From: Raillietiella orientalis
Lineage: Eukaryota
Direction of reading: 5' to 3'
DNA: 64,000 nt
NCBI GenBank assembly: GCA_036172245.1
Contig: JAYWIR010000053.1
Location: forward strand, 62,001 to 126,000
In this document: positions 26,507 through 37,470 of the stretch, in pieces
How the letters are laid out: each line of letters starts with the position of its first letter
Numbering within the stretch: the stretch's first letter is position 1
Position numbers and translations under genes: made by a program
The notes under the pieces: generated by a model
What the model was told of the DNA's origin: nothing
Seen by the model: the letters and a program-made list of their open reading frames with translations, nothing else
Databases searched by the model: none

Positions 26507-29272
26507 GCGAGATTGCGGAGGGTGACGTCTTAGGAATTCGCGAAGGTGTTCCTCCTCACCTGAGAGTGGCGTCCGGTCCCCAGGCAGACGCCACGGCCTG
26601 GATTGGGGGCCCTTGTCGCGCGGGCACACCTCGAATATCAACCGGAAATGGTCTGACAGCTCTGACGCAACTCTTCCCGTTTGCCGACCCGTGAACACAG
26701 GTCGACGTCCACGAAGACGTGGTCGATGCTGCTGACCATTTCCGAAAGATCCCCTAACAAGTTGCGCGTGCGCATGGCGGCGCACAACCCGTTAGCCGTC
26801 CGATCCTGTGCGTGTGGCTCACCTCATAGCAGGCGGAGATTAAAGTCTCCCGCTATCAAGTGAGCCACGCGCACGTTCGCTCGCATCAGCCAGTCGCGCT
26901 TCAGGGTTTCCAGGAACGCCTTACGTTCGTGGTACCTGGTAGGACCGCTCGGAGCGTACACATTTGTTACGACGAGGTCGATCGTGTCGGACCACCTGAG
27001 AATAAGCTGGCCGACACGACCGGCTTCGTCAAAGCGCACGCCCTTCACGGCTGCGTCGACTGCCGGCTTCATAAAAAACGCGACGCCGCAGGTGTATCGG
27101 GTGCCGCATTGCCACATCAACCGTCCCCCTGCGATCCTTTCGATCTCCTGGGCATTCTCCGCGGTGATCACGTGGATCTCCTGCAGGAGTACCAGGTCGA
27201 AGTCACGCAGGGTGGCGGCCGTGTCCCGTCTGTTGCCGTCGTCGCGCAGCCCGTTCACGTTCCAGCAGGCCACGCGTAATCGATGGCGACAGGCGAGCCC
27301 AGGCGTTACTCCTGGGAAAGTGGTAATGGGGCTCCCGCTACCTGGTCGGGCGGGACGGATGGAGGAACGGGATCACCGCGCACCGGTTCTCCCTCCTCCA
27401 TTAGGGCCGATTCTTCGGCGGACCGCAACGGTTGAAGGGGGCGGGTATCACGCACCTGCTCCCCCTCTTCCATGGGAGCCGATTCGTCGGTTGCGTTGGA
27501 CGGCAGGGGCGAGCGCTTGTCAGCTGTCTGCTGCCCCTCCTCCATGGCTATCTCCTGAACAGGTTCCACCGTTGGGAGGGTGCGGCAATCACTCACCTTA
27601 TCCCCCTCCTTCATGGGGGTCTCCAGTTGCTCGGTAGCGGAGGGTGGGAAAATCCCTCCCTCCGTTCCCACGCTGCCGGCTTCCCCCTCGGATGCCGGTG
27701 CGTCCCCCTCCTTTGTCGGGATGCGCCTCTTGGGATTCTAGGACTTCCGTCCAGTCTTCTTCGGAGGCGCCTTCGCGGAGAAGGACGCTCTTCCGGCATC
27801 CAGTTCGTGGTCACCTGTTCGAGGTGCCTTGCTCGCGGCCGGCCTTCGCAAGGCCTTTCGCGCGCCGTTCTCACGCTCCGCGAGTTCGGCCGCTTTGGAG
27901 CGAGCTCCCCCGGTGGAGGTCGCTCCCAAGCGGCGAGCGCGTCGCACGGCTCCCCCTCTGTTTGCACAGAGGGTTCGCCTTCCTCGATCGCGGCTTCGGC
28001 GTCAACCAGGCGGGAGATATCTCCCCCGGTGGAGGTCTCGGGGATCTCTACTCGCTCCAAAGCGACCGAACATTCGCGGAGCAAAGCGCGGCGTTGCCTT
28101 CTATTTAGAGAAGTTGTCGCGGGTTCCGCTGTCGGTTCTTCGGTTTTTCGAATTTTTTTACTTTTCGGCTTCGCTGTCCGCCAGTCCTCGTTGTCACCAG
28201 CGTCGTCGGGAGTTTTCTCGACCGCCGTTTGCTGGGAGCTTTGGGACTCTGGCTTTTTGCTTGGCCTTTACTTTGCTTCAGTGGTCTTGCTTGTTTTCTC
28301 CGAGCGTTTACCCTTACCTTTTTTCAAGGCACAGGGCGCTAGAGGTTCCCGCTTTTAGCACACTTTTCGGAGGTTGCCCTTCTCCCCGCAGTGCATACAC
28401 TGGATGTGAGGGCACCGTTTTTTCAGGTGCCCTGTTGCATCAAAGTGCCCACAGTACTTGCGCTTGCCCACGTACCAGACGTCGACGACCTCGTTGCCGA
28501 CGTCGAGTTTGTGGTACAGCCCATTGTTGTCGTGGACCGTCACACGCGCTGCAACCATGCCACTGAACAGTCTTCCGTATGTTTGGAAGACGTTGGGCTT
28601 AGTCCAGAGCGCGTGAACCGTACCATGTTTTTGCAACTCTTACTGCACGCCAGCTTTGGTCATGCGAAGAGTTACAACCGTAAGGTGGGCAACAATGGAG
28701 CGATCCTCCGTTACAGGGAAGACCTTTCGGCCTTCCAGAGTGATGGGAGTGTTCAGCAGGCTTTCAGCCAGACTTGCGTTTTTGCAAGTCAGCTCCATCC
28801 GCTGGCCCCCACTCATCACGGAGAGACCTTCGAGGTCTTCCTCTTTGACATCCTTCCGCTGTAACTCTCTTTCAAAGTTACGAGCGGTGTTCCCCACAAA
28901 CAGGTTTCCTACCTTGTAAATCAAGGACGGGTTGTATCCTTGTTCCAGGTAGGCGCGCTATTCTGCTAAGGCAGCTGGAGATGGAGCTGCAGCCACGGAG
29001 CTCCAGGTCTTCGTGGATGGAGCAAGTGGAACCAAGGACGCGGTTGCCCCCATTTTCAAGGGGGCGGTTGTGGCCTTTTCCAAGGCGGCGGTTGTCCCCT
29101 TTTTCAAGAGGACGGTTGCGGCCTTTTGCACGAGGACGGTTGCTCCCTTTTTCAAGGGGGCGGTTGCTCTCTCCTCCGTGGGGGCGGTTGCCCTCACCTC
29201 AATAGGTTGGGGAGAGGAGCAATCCTCTACCCCGCCGACTTCCATCGCGCTGTCCTCAGGCATTTGTGCCAT
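26507..29272 (-). pseudogene. D ORF1 (27306-29272) and EN (26507-27306)
   Basis: GYNPSLIYKVG; CMHCGEKGNLRKVC; (A/L/P)MEEG repeats; WNVNGL, NVYAP, AGDFN. Confidence 0.87.
29040..29200. repeat. 24-bp tandem repeat (~6.5 units) in the D ORF1 N-terminus
   Basis: Units begin (G/A)CGGTTG every 24 bp; encodes ATAPLKKG-like octapeptides. Confidence 0.9.
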
Positions 29273-29364
29273 TGGACACCGCAGATGCTCCACACACAAA
29301 CAATAACGAAAAAGAACGCTTTACAACAGGCGCAGAGGAGCGCGGAAAAAACACGTCCGCACTC

Positions 29365-31708
29365 CAAGTTGCTAGCAAAGGTTTGTGCAGAGCGTCTAAA
29401 ACGCGTTGCCAACATCTTCATCAGCCCGGAACAGACATATGCTGTTCCGGGCGAAGCATAGAGGCGAACCTGTTCTACGCTTCCACCTGGCAAGAACTCC
29501 AACATGAAAAAAGCTTGGCGCGCAGCCGAGATCCCGGTGCGTGCGCCGGCAAGGGGTCGGATGGTCGGGTGGGGGAGGGAGCCCTTGCGTTCGCAGTCGA
29601 CTTGAAAAAAGCATTCGATTGCGTCGACCAGAATATCCTTCAGGAGCTTCTAGAATGCTTAGGCTTCTTGGCCTCATCAGTGTCCCATCTGCGAATCTGC
29701 TGGCGCAACGCGCTCATCAACGTTACTTTGAGCGGGCAGACCGTACACGGCGTGCCGGTGCGGCTTGGGATCCGGCAGGGAGACAGCCTGAGCTCCTTGC
29801 TCTTCAGTACCTACTTTAACTTGCTACTGAGAGCGTACAGGGAAACTCTGGCGCACCTGCAGCACGACTGTGCCGGTACGCCGGCGGTTTCAGCATACGC
29901 GGACGACCTTCTGTTGTTGCTCCCTATGTCCACCCGGCTGCGGCGGTCGAGGAGTTCTTCGACCTGCTGCATCGGGGAACCGGACTTACGGTGAACAGGG
30001 CGAAGTCGTCCGTGATGCCAGTTGGTGCGGCGTGGGCAGGGCAGCGGGACTGGGTCCGTTTGGGGATCCCCACGGTGAGGTACTTCAAGTACCTTGGTGT
30101 GCCGTTGGGGGAGTACTCCCCTGCGGAAGCGTGGTCCGGCTGCCTCCAAAAAGTAGAGACGGCGATCGGGCCGTTCGCAGGCGTCAGGTTTTTCCTGCCT
30201 GAACGGTCCGCGGTTTGGAACACGTTCGCGGCTCCTCTCCTCCGCCCCCTGCTTTTTGTTTGGCCCCCCGCAGAGAGAGTTAAAAAGTGGGGAAAGGACC
30301 TCCTCCGTATCGCCCTTTGGGGCGACGGGAAGGCCCGAGTGCGCTCAAAGGATTTGTGCGCTCCTCGTCGGGACGGCGGTCTGGGCCTCCTGACGCTTGA
30401 TCGACTGGAGCTTCAGCTCCAGTTCCGATTGTCGGCACTCGTTCCAGAGTTGTAGTGCACCTGTTGGTGCGTCTTTCACCTCTCCTTCTCCAGCAAGCCA
30501 CCGGCAAGACGGGTCTGACGTCGTTGCTTGCACTCCGTCGCCTCGTCAACCGATGCGGACTCCAGCTACCGAGGGTGGCTGCGCTGTATAGGAAAAACCC
30601 AGGATTGCTCACCTGTCGCCGTTTGAACGGTAGTGCTTGGTTTCAGGAAACCGTTCGAACGTGGGGACAGTTCGGCATGCAACGCTCCCAACAGGAACGA
30701 AGGTTCCTGTTTGTGGGTTACAGAAGTTGCACGCTCCGCGAGATCCTGGTATATCCAAAGAAGAGAGCGTGGGCAGGAAAACCCCCCTTACTGCTGCGCT
30801 GCCATCTCTGATGGAAGATCTGGACAGCGATGTTGTGCCGAAGTGGGAGGTTTCAGTTACAATCTCCGGAAAGGAGAAGAAGATAGGAGGGTGCAAGACG
30901 GGCCAGTCAACAGACGCTGCGTCACCGAATACGCCTCCCAATGGACCTCTGCGCTGGGCCTCGCTGCTCGATGTTCCCATTGAACATCTGAAGTGGCCCC
31001 CGGTGCTCATGAACACTTCCGCCCTTCCCTTAAAATGGCAGGAGTCGGCTCTCCTGTTGGAGCACTGGGGACTCCCCTGCAGCTCCCGCCGACACCACTG
31101 GACCTGGGGAGCGGTAGACCCTAATTGCGTCAGATGTGAGGAACGGGAGTCCCTCCCTCACCTGCTAGTTGATTGTGTTGCCCTTCGGCCCGTTTGGTTT
31201 CGCTTTGCCGCGGCCATCGGAATGCCCTGCCGCAACCCCAGGGACGCACTGAAAGCCCTCTTTGTTGCCCACGCCCTTCGGCCAGTGGCCTCGTGAGCAG
31301 CTTTGTACTGCCTACGCAGGATCTTCACCGCTTGGAGGAAGGCTACGGGAGGATAACGCGACTAGGGTGTTAACCAGCCAGCCTCCCAGTCTCTGAGGAG
31401 GGTGTCCCGATAGCCCCACCTGGATCCAGGAATACAGAAGGAGCTTGCCGCCATCCTGCAAAGGATGCAACGGCCCCACCAGCAACTGTGATCCCTTTCC
31501 TTACCCTCCCAACTTTTCTTTTCTTTTTTGTTTGTGTTTTGTTTTTCCTCCTTCCCCCTGCTGCCGTGGTGGACCGTACCGGTCTGCGAACCGGTGACCC
31601 GGCAGGCTCTGTGTTTCTTCGTGCGTGGCTGGAGCAATGGTCCAGCCACTGCACGTCTTTGTAGATGTTTGTTTTATAATAAACGCCCCGGCGAAATCCG
31701 TGTGAAAA
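29365..31708 (+). mobile_element. C-type LINE 3' half E-right (RT, CCHC, 3' UTR)
   Basis: KLLAKV...ISPEQTYAVPG, GIRQGDSLS, YADD, CVRCEERESLPHLLVDC; stop at 31491; AATAAA at 31678. Confidence 0.88.
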
Positions 31709-33250
31709 TCGGAAGATTGACGTCGGTTAGAGAGGACGTGTTTCCTTGGTGCTCCTAGTGGCGGGAACCGTCCCTAGGTGTAGGCTCCGTGTGTGGTGGT
31801 GATCGCAGAGGCAGCAATGCCTGACAAGACCACCAGTGCGTGTAAGGGGGCTGTTACAACGTCGCTTTCTGAGGAAATGGAGTCCCAGGTGGAAGCGGCA
31901 ACGTCGCCTCTAGGAAAGTTGGAGTGCCAGGGGGAGGCGGCAACGTCGCTCTCAGTGGCGAAGGAACTGGGGGCGTTCGCCCCCAGAAAAGCGATCCCCA
32001 CTGCAACGCGGTTGTGGAGCGCCGTCGTGTCGGCGCCATCGCCTGCAGCCGCTGCGGAATTATCTGCCTATGTAGAAGAGGGGTATAACCCATCACTATT
32101 CTACAAGGTAGGAAATTTGTATTCTTCTGAGAGTGCGCGCACTTTTTCGGAGGGGATGCGCGCTCTCGATGTTAATGTGGAGTAGCTCTGCGCTATGATT
32201 TTCCGTAGCGGGCGGCAGTACGTAGATTTGATCTGCAAAGACGCAGATCAGGCCAAACGTCTGCTCAAAACCCCCGTGGTGATGGGAACACGCAGACTCC
32301 TGCCCATTACGGCGGACCATAGTATGGTGGTGCACCTTTTAGGAGTTACCGCCCGGATGCGGAAAGAACAGTTACGCGCCGCGTTGGGAAAAGAAGGCAC
32401 GGTCCATGCAGTATGGACCAAGCCTAGTACTTTCGAGGACTATACCAGAGTTTAGTGCGGCCTCACGGCTGCCCGTGTAACCGTTTGGGAAAGCTCTACC
32501 CTTCCCCACAAACTGGTGGTCGGCGCAGAAATCGTCGACCTCTGGTACGTGGGGAGGCCCAAATACTGTGGCTTCTGCAACACGTCATACACCTAAAAAT
32601 GAGGTACCCCAAGGTACAGTGCCAGATATGCGGGACAATGAGCCACACAATAGGAAGTGTGTCCACAATCCGCTGTGCACGTGGTTTTCTCGAGGAACCT
32701 AAAAAATCTCGCGCGAGTGCTGCAGAGAAGCCCGGCGGCGAAGGCTGCCGCTCAAGCTGTGCCACCCACACCCGTGGTCCAGGCCGCAGCCGACTCCCCG
32801 ACAACGAATGTTGGAAAGATCGAAAAAAGCGGTCAGGTGTTGGAATGGCAAGAAGGGATAGCGAAAAAAAAAAAGTCGAAGAAAGAACGAGGAATTGAAA
32901 AAAAGCTCGCGTACCAAAACAAAAGAAAGCAGGATAGTGAGAATTTAAAAGAATGCAGCGTCGTCGTGGAACGCGTTCCCGCCGAACGCCGCAAGGTAGA
33001 AATCGCTGCTACCGACGAGCAACCCACTGTTGAAAATGTCAACAGCGTGATGAGCGAACCGGCGGAAGCGTCCGTCATTAAGACCGTGATCGATGACGCC
33101 GCCTTCGAGCGTGCGGCGCAGGAGCTGGCTGCATCGTTGCAGCCAGACCCCTTCACGGCCAGTTGGAGGACGTGTTTTAACTTCACTCCTCAAGAGTAGT
33201 AGGAAAGCGCTTTCTTGTGTGTGGTGTTTTGTGTACATCATCGGTGTCCA

Positions 33251-35001
33251 ATGGCCAAGACGCCAGAGGAAACCGCGATGGAGGTGGGAGTGGGGGAGGC
33301 TAGTTCGCCCCCACAGCCTACTGCAGCAGAAGCAGCCGCCCCGGAATCATCCACGGCCACGCCGAGGACATGGAGCGCTAGGTGGCCGCGCCCAGCGCAG
33401 AAGCCATGGCGGAGATGGCCGCATACAAGGCCTCCGGGTACAAGCCATCGCTTGTCTACCAGGTAGGCAACTTGTTCGACGGCCGGACAGCGCGCGCCTT
33501 CAGCAAAGCGTTGAAGGACGCGAATGTTACCGAGAAGGATCTGGACGGCCTCTCCGTCATCAGCGGCGGGCAGCGGGTCGATGTGGTCTGCAAAGATGTC
33601 ACCTTGGCTCACCGCCTAATCCATGCGCCGCTGAACGTAGACGGCCGCAAGATCCTGCCAGTATCTATGGACCGCTCCGTGGTGGTCCACATGACTGGCA
33701 TCACCAGCCGCATGACGCGGTCAGCGGTTGGTGAGGAATTAAGAAAGTACGGTGAGGTGCACGCACTGTGGCCGAAACCCTCCATTTTCGACGGCTTCGA
33801 TAGCCTTTTTGGTGGGCAGGCTGCAGCGCGGGTCACCGTAAGGGAGAATTGTGGGCTTCCCCACAAACTACAGGTGGCGCAAGAAAACGTCGACCTGTTG
33901 TATGAAGGGAAGCCACGGTATTGCGGGCATTCTGATACCGTGGGACACCTACGTAAAAGGTGTCCCAATATACAATGCCATTTGTGCGGGGAGCGGGGCC
34001 ACGTTCGGCGCGTGTGTCCCAAACGCCCCACTCCGGTTCCCCCTTCCGCGAAAAAAGCGCAGGGGAAACGTGCTTCCAAGGTCTCTAGACCTAAAGTAGA
34101 AAAGGGCCAGCACGAGCTGCCAACACTTCAACCTCCGGCGCGTAAGGCGGAGGATAAACCTTCTGAAACGGTGGAAGGCGAAGAGGGATGGCAGCTTGTA
34201 GAGGCCAGAAAGCCGAGCAAACTCCCACCCGCGGAGAGCAAAGAGCTCAAGACGGCCGGTAAGCCGAAAAAACTCGGTCCGCGCTCGAAAACTCTGCGCG
34301 AGTGCACGGTGGCACTGGAACGAATCGTCGTTCCCGAGATTGCCACCCGGAGCTTCGAACCTCCCCTTGCCGTTTCGGCTGCGCCCGAGGCTCGCGACGG
34401 CGAACCCTCTGTTTACACAGAGGGAGAGCCGCGCGACATAGCGGCGGTCGAAGCCGCAGACGCCGCGTTCGCGCAGGCGGCGGAGGAGCTCGCGGTCACG
34501 CTGGCCGAGCGTGAGAATTCCTCGCGCAAGGCCGTGCGAAGGCCGGCTCCGGCGAAGAAGGCCCCCACAGGTGAGATAGACCTGGGCGCCAGAAGCACAT
34601 CCTCCTCCTCGGAGGCACGCCCCAGGAAGTCGTGACGCAAGTCCAAGAAGCCCAGGAGGCGCCTCCCCTCCACCAGCGAGGAGGAGAAGACGGAAGCCGT
34701 CGCCAGCGTGCGAAATTCGGAGGAGGAATTCCCACGCTCGGAAGCCGTCGATCCGGCCACCCCCATGGAGGAAGGTGAACAGGGGGGTGAAGTCCCCTCT
34801 GCAGGCGCCGACCCTGAACAGCCCGCCCCCATGGAGGAGGGCGAACAGGTAGGCGCGACTCCACCTGCGGGTGATCCGGCGGACGCGCCGGCACCGATGG
34901 AGGAGGGGGACCAGGTGCCTTTAGCACATGACCCCCATCCTCCAGCTAGCGTTTCGCCCCACCAGGTGGCGGACGCCGCACTGCCATCCTCCCAGGGGTA
35001 A
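33251..35001 (+). pseudogene. H ORF1
   Basis: GYKPSLVYQVG; CHLCGERGHVRRVC; PMEEG x3; internal stops. Confidence 0.87.
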
Positions 35002-35468
35002 CACCTGCGCTCGCCAGTCGCCGTCGGATTCGCGCGGCCTGTTGGAATTTCAACGGGCTGCGCGACGACCGTAACAGGCGAGATACAGCCGACACCCTGC
35101 GGGAGTTCGACCTGGCCCTGCTGCAGGAGATCCACGTGATCACAGCGGCAGACGTCCAGGAGATCGAGACGATTGCGGGGTGTCGGCTGTACTGGCAATT
35201 CGGCATCAGCAACACCTGCGGGGTCGCGTTCTTGGTGAAGCCGGCCATCGACGCTGCCGTGAAGGGAGTGCGCTTCGATGACGACGGTCGGGTCTTTCAG
35301 CTGACTCTCGGCTTGTCCGACTCGATCGATCTGATCGTCACGAATGTGTACGCCCCAACCGGTCAAAAGGGATACAGCAACCGTACCAGGCTGCTTGAAT
35401 CCCTGAAGCGCGACTGGCTGGCGAACACGAGCGTGCGGAAGGCTCAGCTGATAGCGGGAGATTTCAAA

Positions 35469-35492
35469 CGAGTGCGGACGTGTTTTTCTTCG
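35469..35492 (+). promoter_or_regulatory. Conserved 5'-terminal motif GGACGTGTTT (putative internal promoter/initiator), representative copy
   Basis: Within ~15 bp of the 5' junction of 11 elements from five families; function is inferred. Confidence 0.55.
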
Positions 35493-35547
35493 CTCTCGTC
35501 TCCGTGCTTTCATCCGCTTCACCTTGGCGTCGTACATTTTGACGACG

Positions 35548-37470
35548 ATGTCGACCCAACTTGAAGCTACTAAAGTTGGAGGAACAGCATCCGGATCTGC
35601 AATTGCGGAACCGACGGCCGCCTCCACTTCATCTTTCTCGCCAATGGAGAGGAGTTTTGCTTACGTTGCTACCACAGCAGCCGTCAAAGGGAAACCACTC
35701 GACGAGTCGGAGTTGCGAACATACGTAGCCCAAGGCTATAGACCTGCTCTCCGACATAAGGTGAGTGGCTTTCTTTCTGCGCGCGACGGAAATCAGTTCA
35801 ACGATGAACTGACCCGTGTTGGCGTGCGGGAGGAGGACCTTCTCGCCATTATGCCCGTAAAAGACATGGGCTATTTCAAGGTGCGTTGCAAAGACGCTGC
35901 ACTTGTGCAACGCTTGCTGCGCACCCCGTTGTCGATCCGTGGCCAGAAGGTCTTCCCGGCCGCCATGGACGACTCATTTGTGGCGGAGATGTTCGACAGC
36001 GAGTCGGAAATCTCCGATATTGATATTCGGAACGCGTTGGCGAAATTCGCCACGGTCCATGCGCTGTGGAGGATGCGTAGCAACCTCAAGGACTACCCGT
36101 CCATACATAGCGGAGTCGCTGGAGTCCGGCTTACAATGCCGGACCGCCGTCTGCTACCCAACAAACTACAGGTGAAAGACACGGTCGTTTACCTGTGGTT
36201 CGTGGGCAAAGTAAGAACGTGCGAGCAATGCGGGAAGGAGGGGCATTGTTTAGATAAATGCCCCTCTGGAAAATGCCGTTATTGGAAACTATCCGGGCAG
36301 CAATTGAAAAATTAACCGGATCTTTTGCGAAAAAAGACAGCCGCAAAGCTGCATCTTAAAAAACAAAGCGCGGATAAAAAGAAAAAATCTGCGAAAAACC
36401 TGGAGACCCCACGGCAAAAATTCCTAAAAATAGCGAGGTGGAATGTCGCCCCAAAGCAGCAGGAAACCTCGCACGCGAAGCCATGCGCGCCCCCTCTCAC
36501 GGCAGGAAAGCCGCAAAAAAAAGGCTGCGGGGAATCCGGGGCAATAATAAGTCCCCCTAGGCGCAATAGCTGTCCTTCCCAAGCACGCCCGGCTCCGTCG
36601 GAGTTCGAGCAACCGGCGGGGACGTCAAAGGACAACGGCGGTAAGGACACTTCCAGTACCGTCAGATCCATTCCTTCACCTCCTGCAGTGGCTGAGAAGC
36701 CCAAATCGGGTAAGAAGAATTGTGCCCTGTCGACTTCGAAAGTCGGCAAAAAAAAATACGCGTCGCGATCCAACACCGCGAAAGCGGAGAAAAATCTCAC
36801 GCCGTCGCAATCGGAGAGCAAGCTCTCGACTGGCGCCGATGCCATGCCAACGAAAAGATTAAAAACCCTTCCGAAGGCAGCGTCCATGACGAGCGTGTCG
36901 AAGCCATCCAAAGTGCTCCCGTCCAAATACGCGGATGGATTCAAAGATGGCAATGGAGCACAATCTCCATTTTCGGCGCCACGCGAAGTGAGGAACCGTA
37001 AGGAAGTAAAAAAGGCTTCAGCAAAGGTCCCTCGTGCAACTGCGCGTGAGCACGCTGAAAACGCACGCGCCGGGAAAGCAGCCGGCACCAAAAGCGATGC
37101 TCTGGTGACGGAAAACGAAAACAGGACAGCTGTCAATCCAGCAGAACCTGTCACTGCTTCGCGAAAGGCCGAAACCCGATCGAGCATGCGCCGTTCGGAC
37201 TCCGAAATGGATGCCGTTCCGATCACCGAGACGAGCACAACTCGTTCAAAAGCGTGTGCGCGCCGATCAAAAGTAGGCAGCCAGGCAACGCTCGCCGCGA
37301 AGCTACGCAAAGTCTCCACGAAACCCGACGGGGTTGAGCCTGGCGTGGAGGCATTTCACGCATGCAGCACGACAGAAGACGGTGGTGACCGTCCCCTCCA
37401 AACAGTCGTGCTGCTCGCCGTCTGCTCGCCGGATAAAGCGAGCAAAAAGCTGCCACCTTCCCAGCAGTAA
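35548..37470 (+). pseudogene. A1 ORF1
   Basis: MSTQLEAT...CEQCGKEGHCLDKC; single in-frame stop at 36313-36315; TAATG at 37468-37472. Confidence 0.9.

Larger units (their letters stand above)
9846..29364 (-). mobile_element. B-type LINE copy D, full length, split by C1 (parts 9846-12834 and 26507-29364)
   Basis: 3' AATAAA-hairpin at 9846-9876; 5' GGAGTGCGGACGTGTTTTTT at ~29364; EN reading (VTLRNL-ANW) rejoins across TSD GCGAGATTGCGGAG. Confidence 0.88.

Noticed and set aside
34413..35627. Junction-spanning ORFs (e.g. 34413-35627, 53667-54620, 54023-55183, 22680-23750, 29266-29994) as novel chimeric genes
   Set aside because: Chance read-through across insertion junctions; their recognisable parts are LINE ORF fragments.
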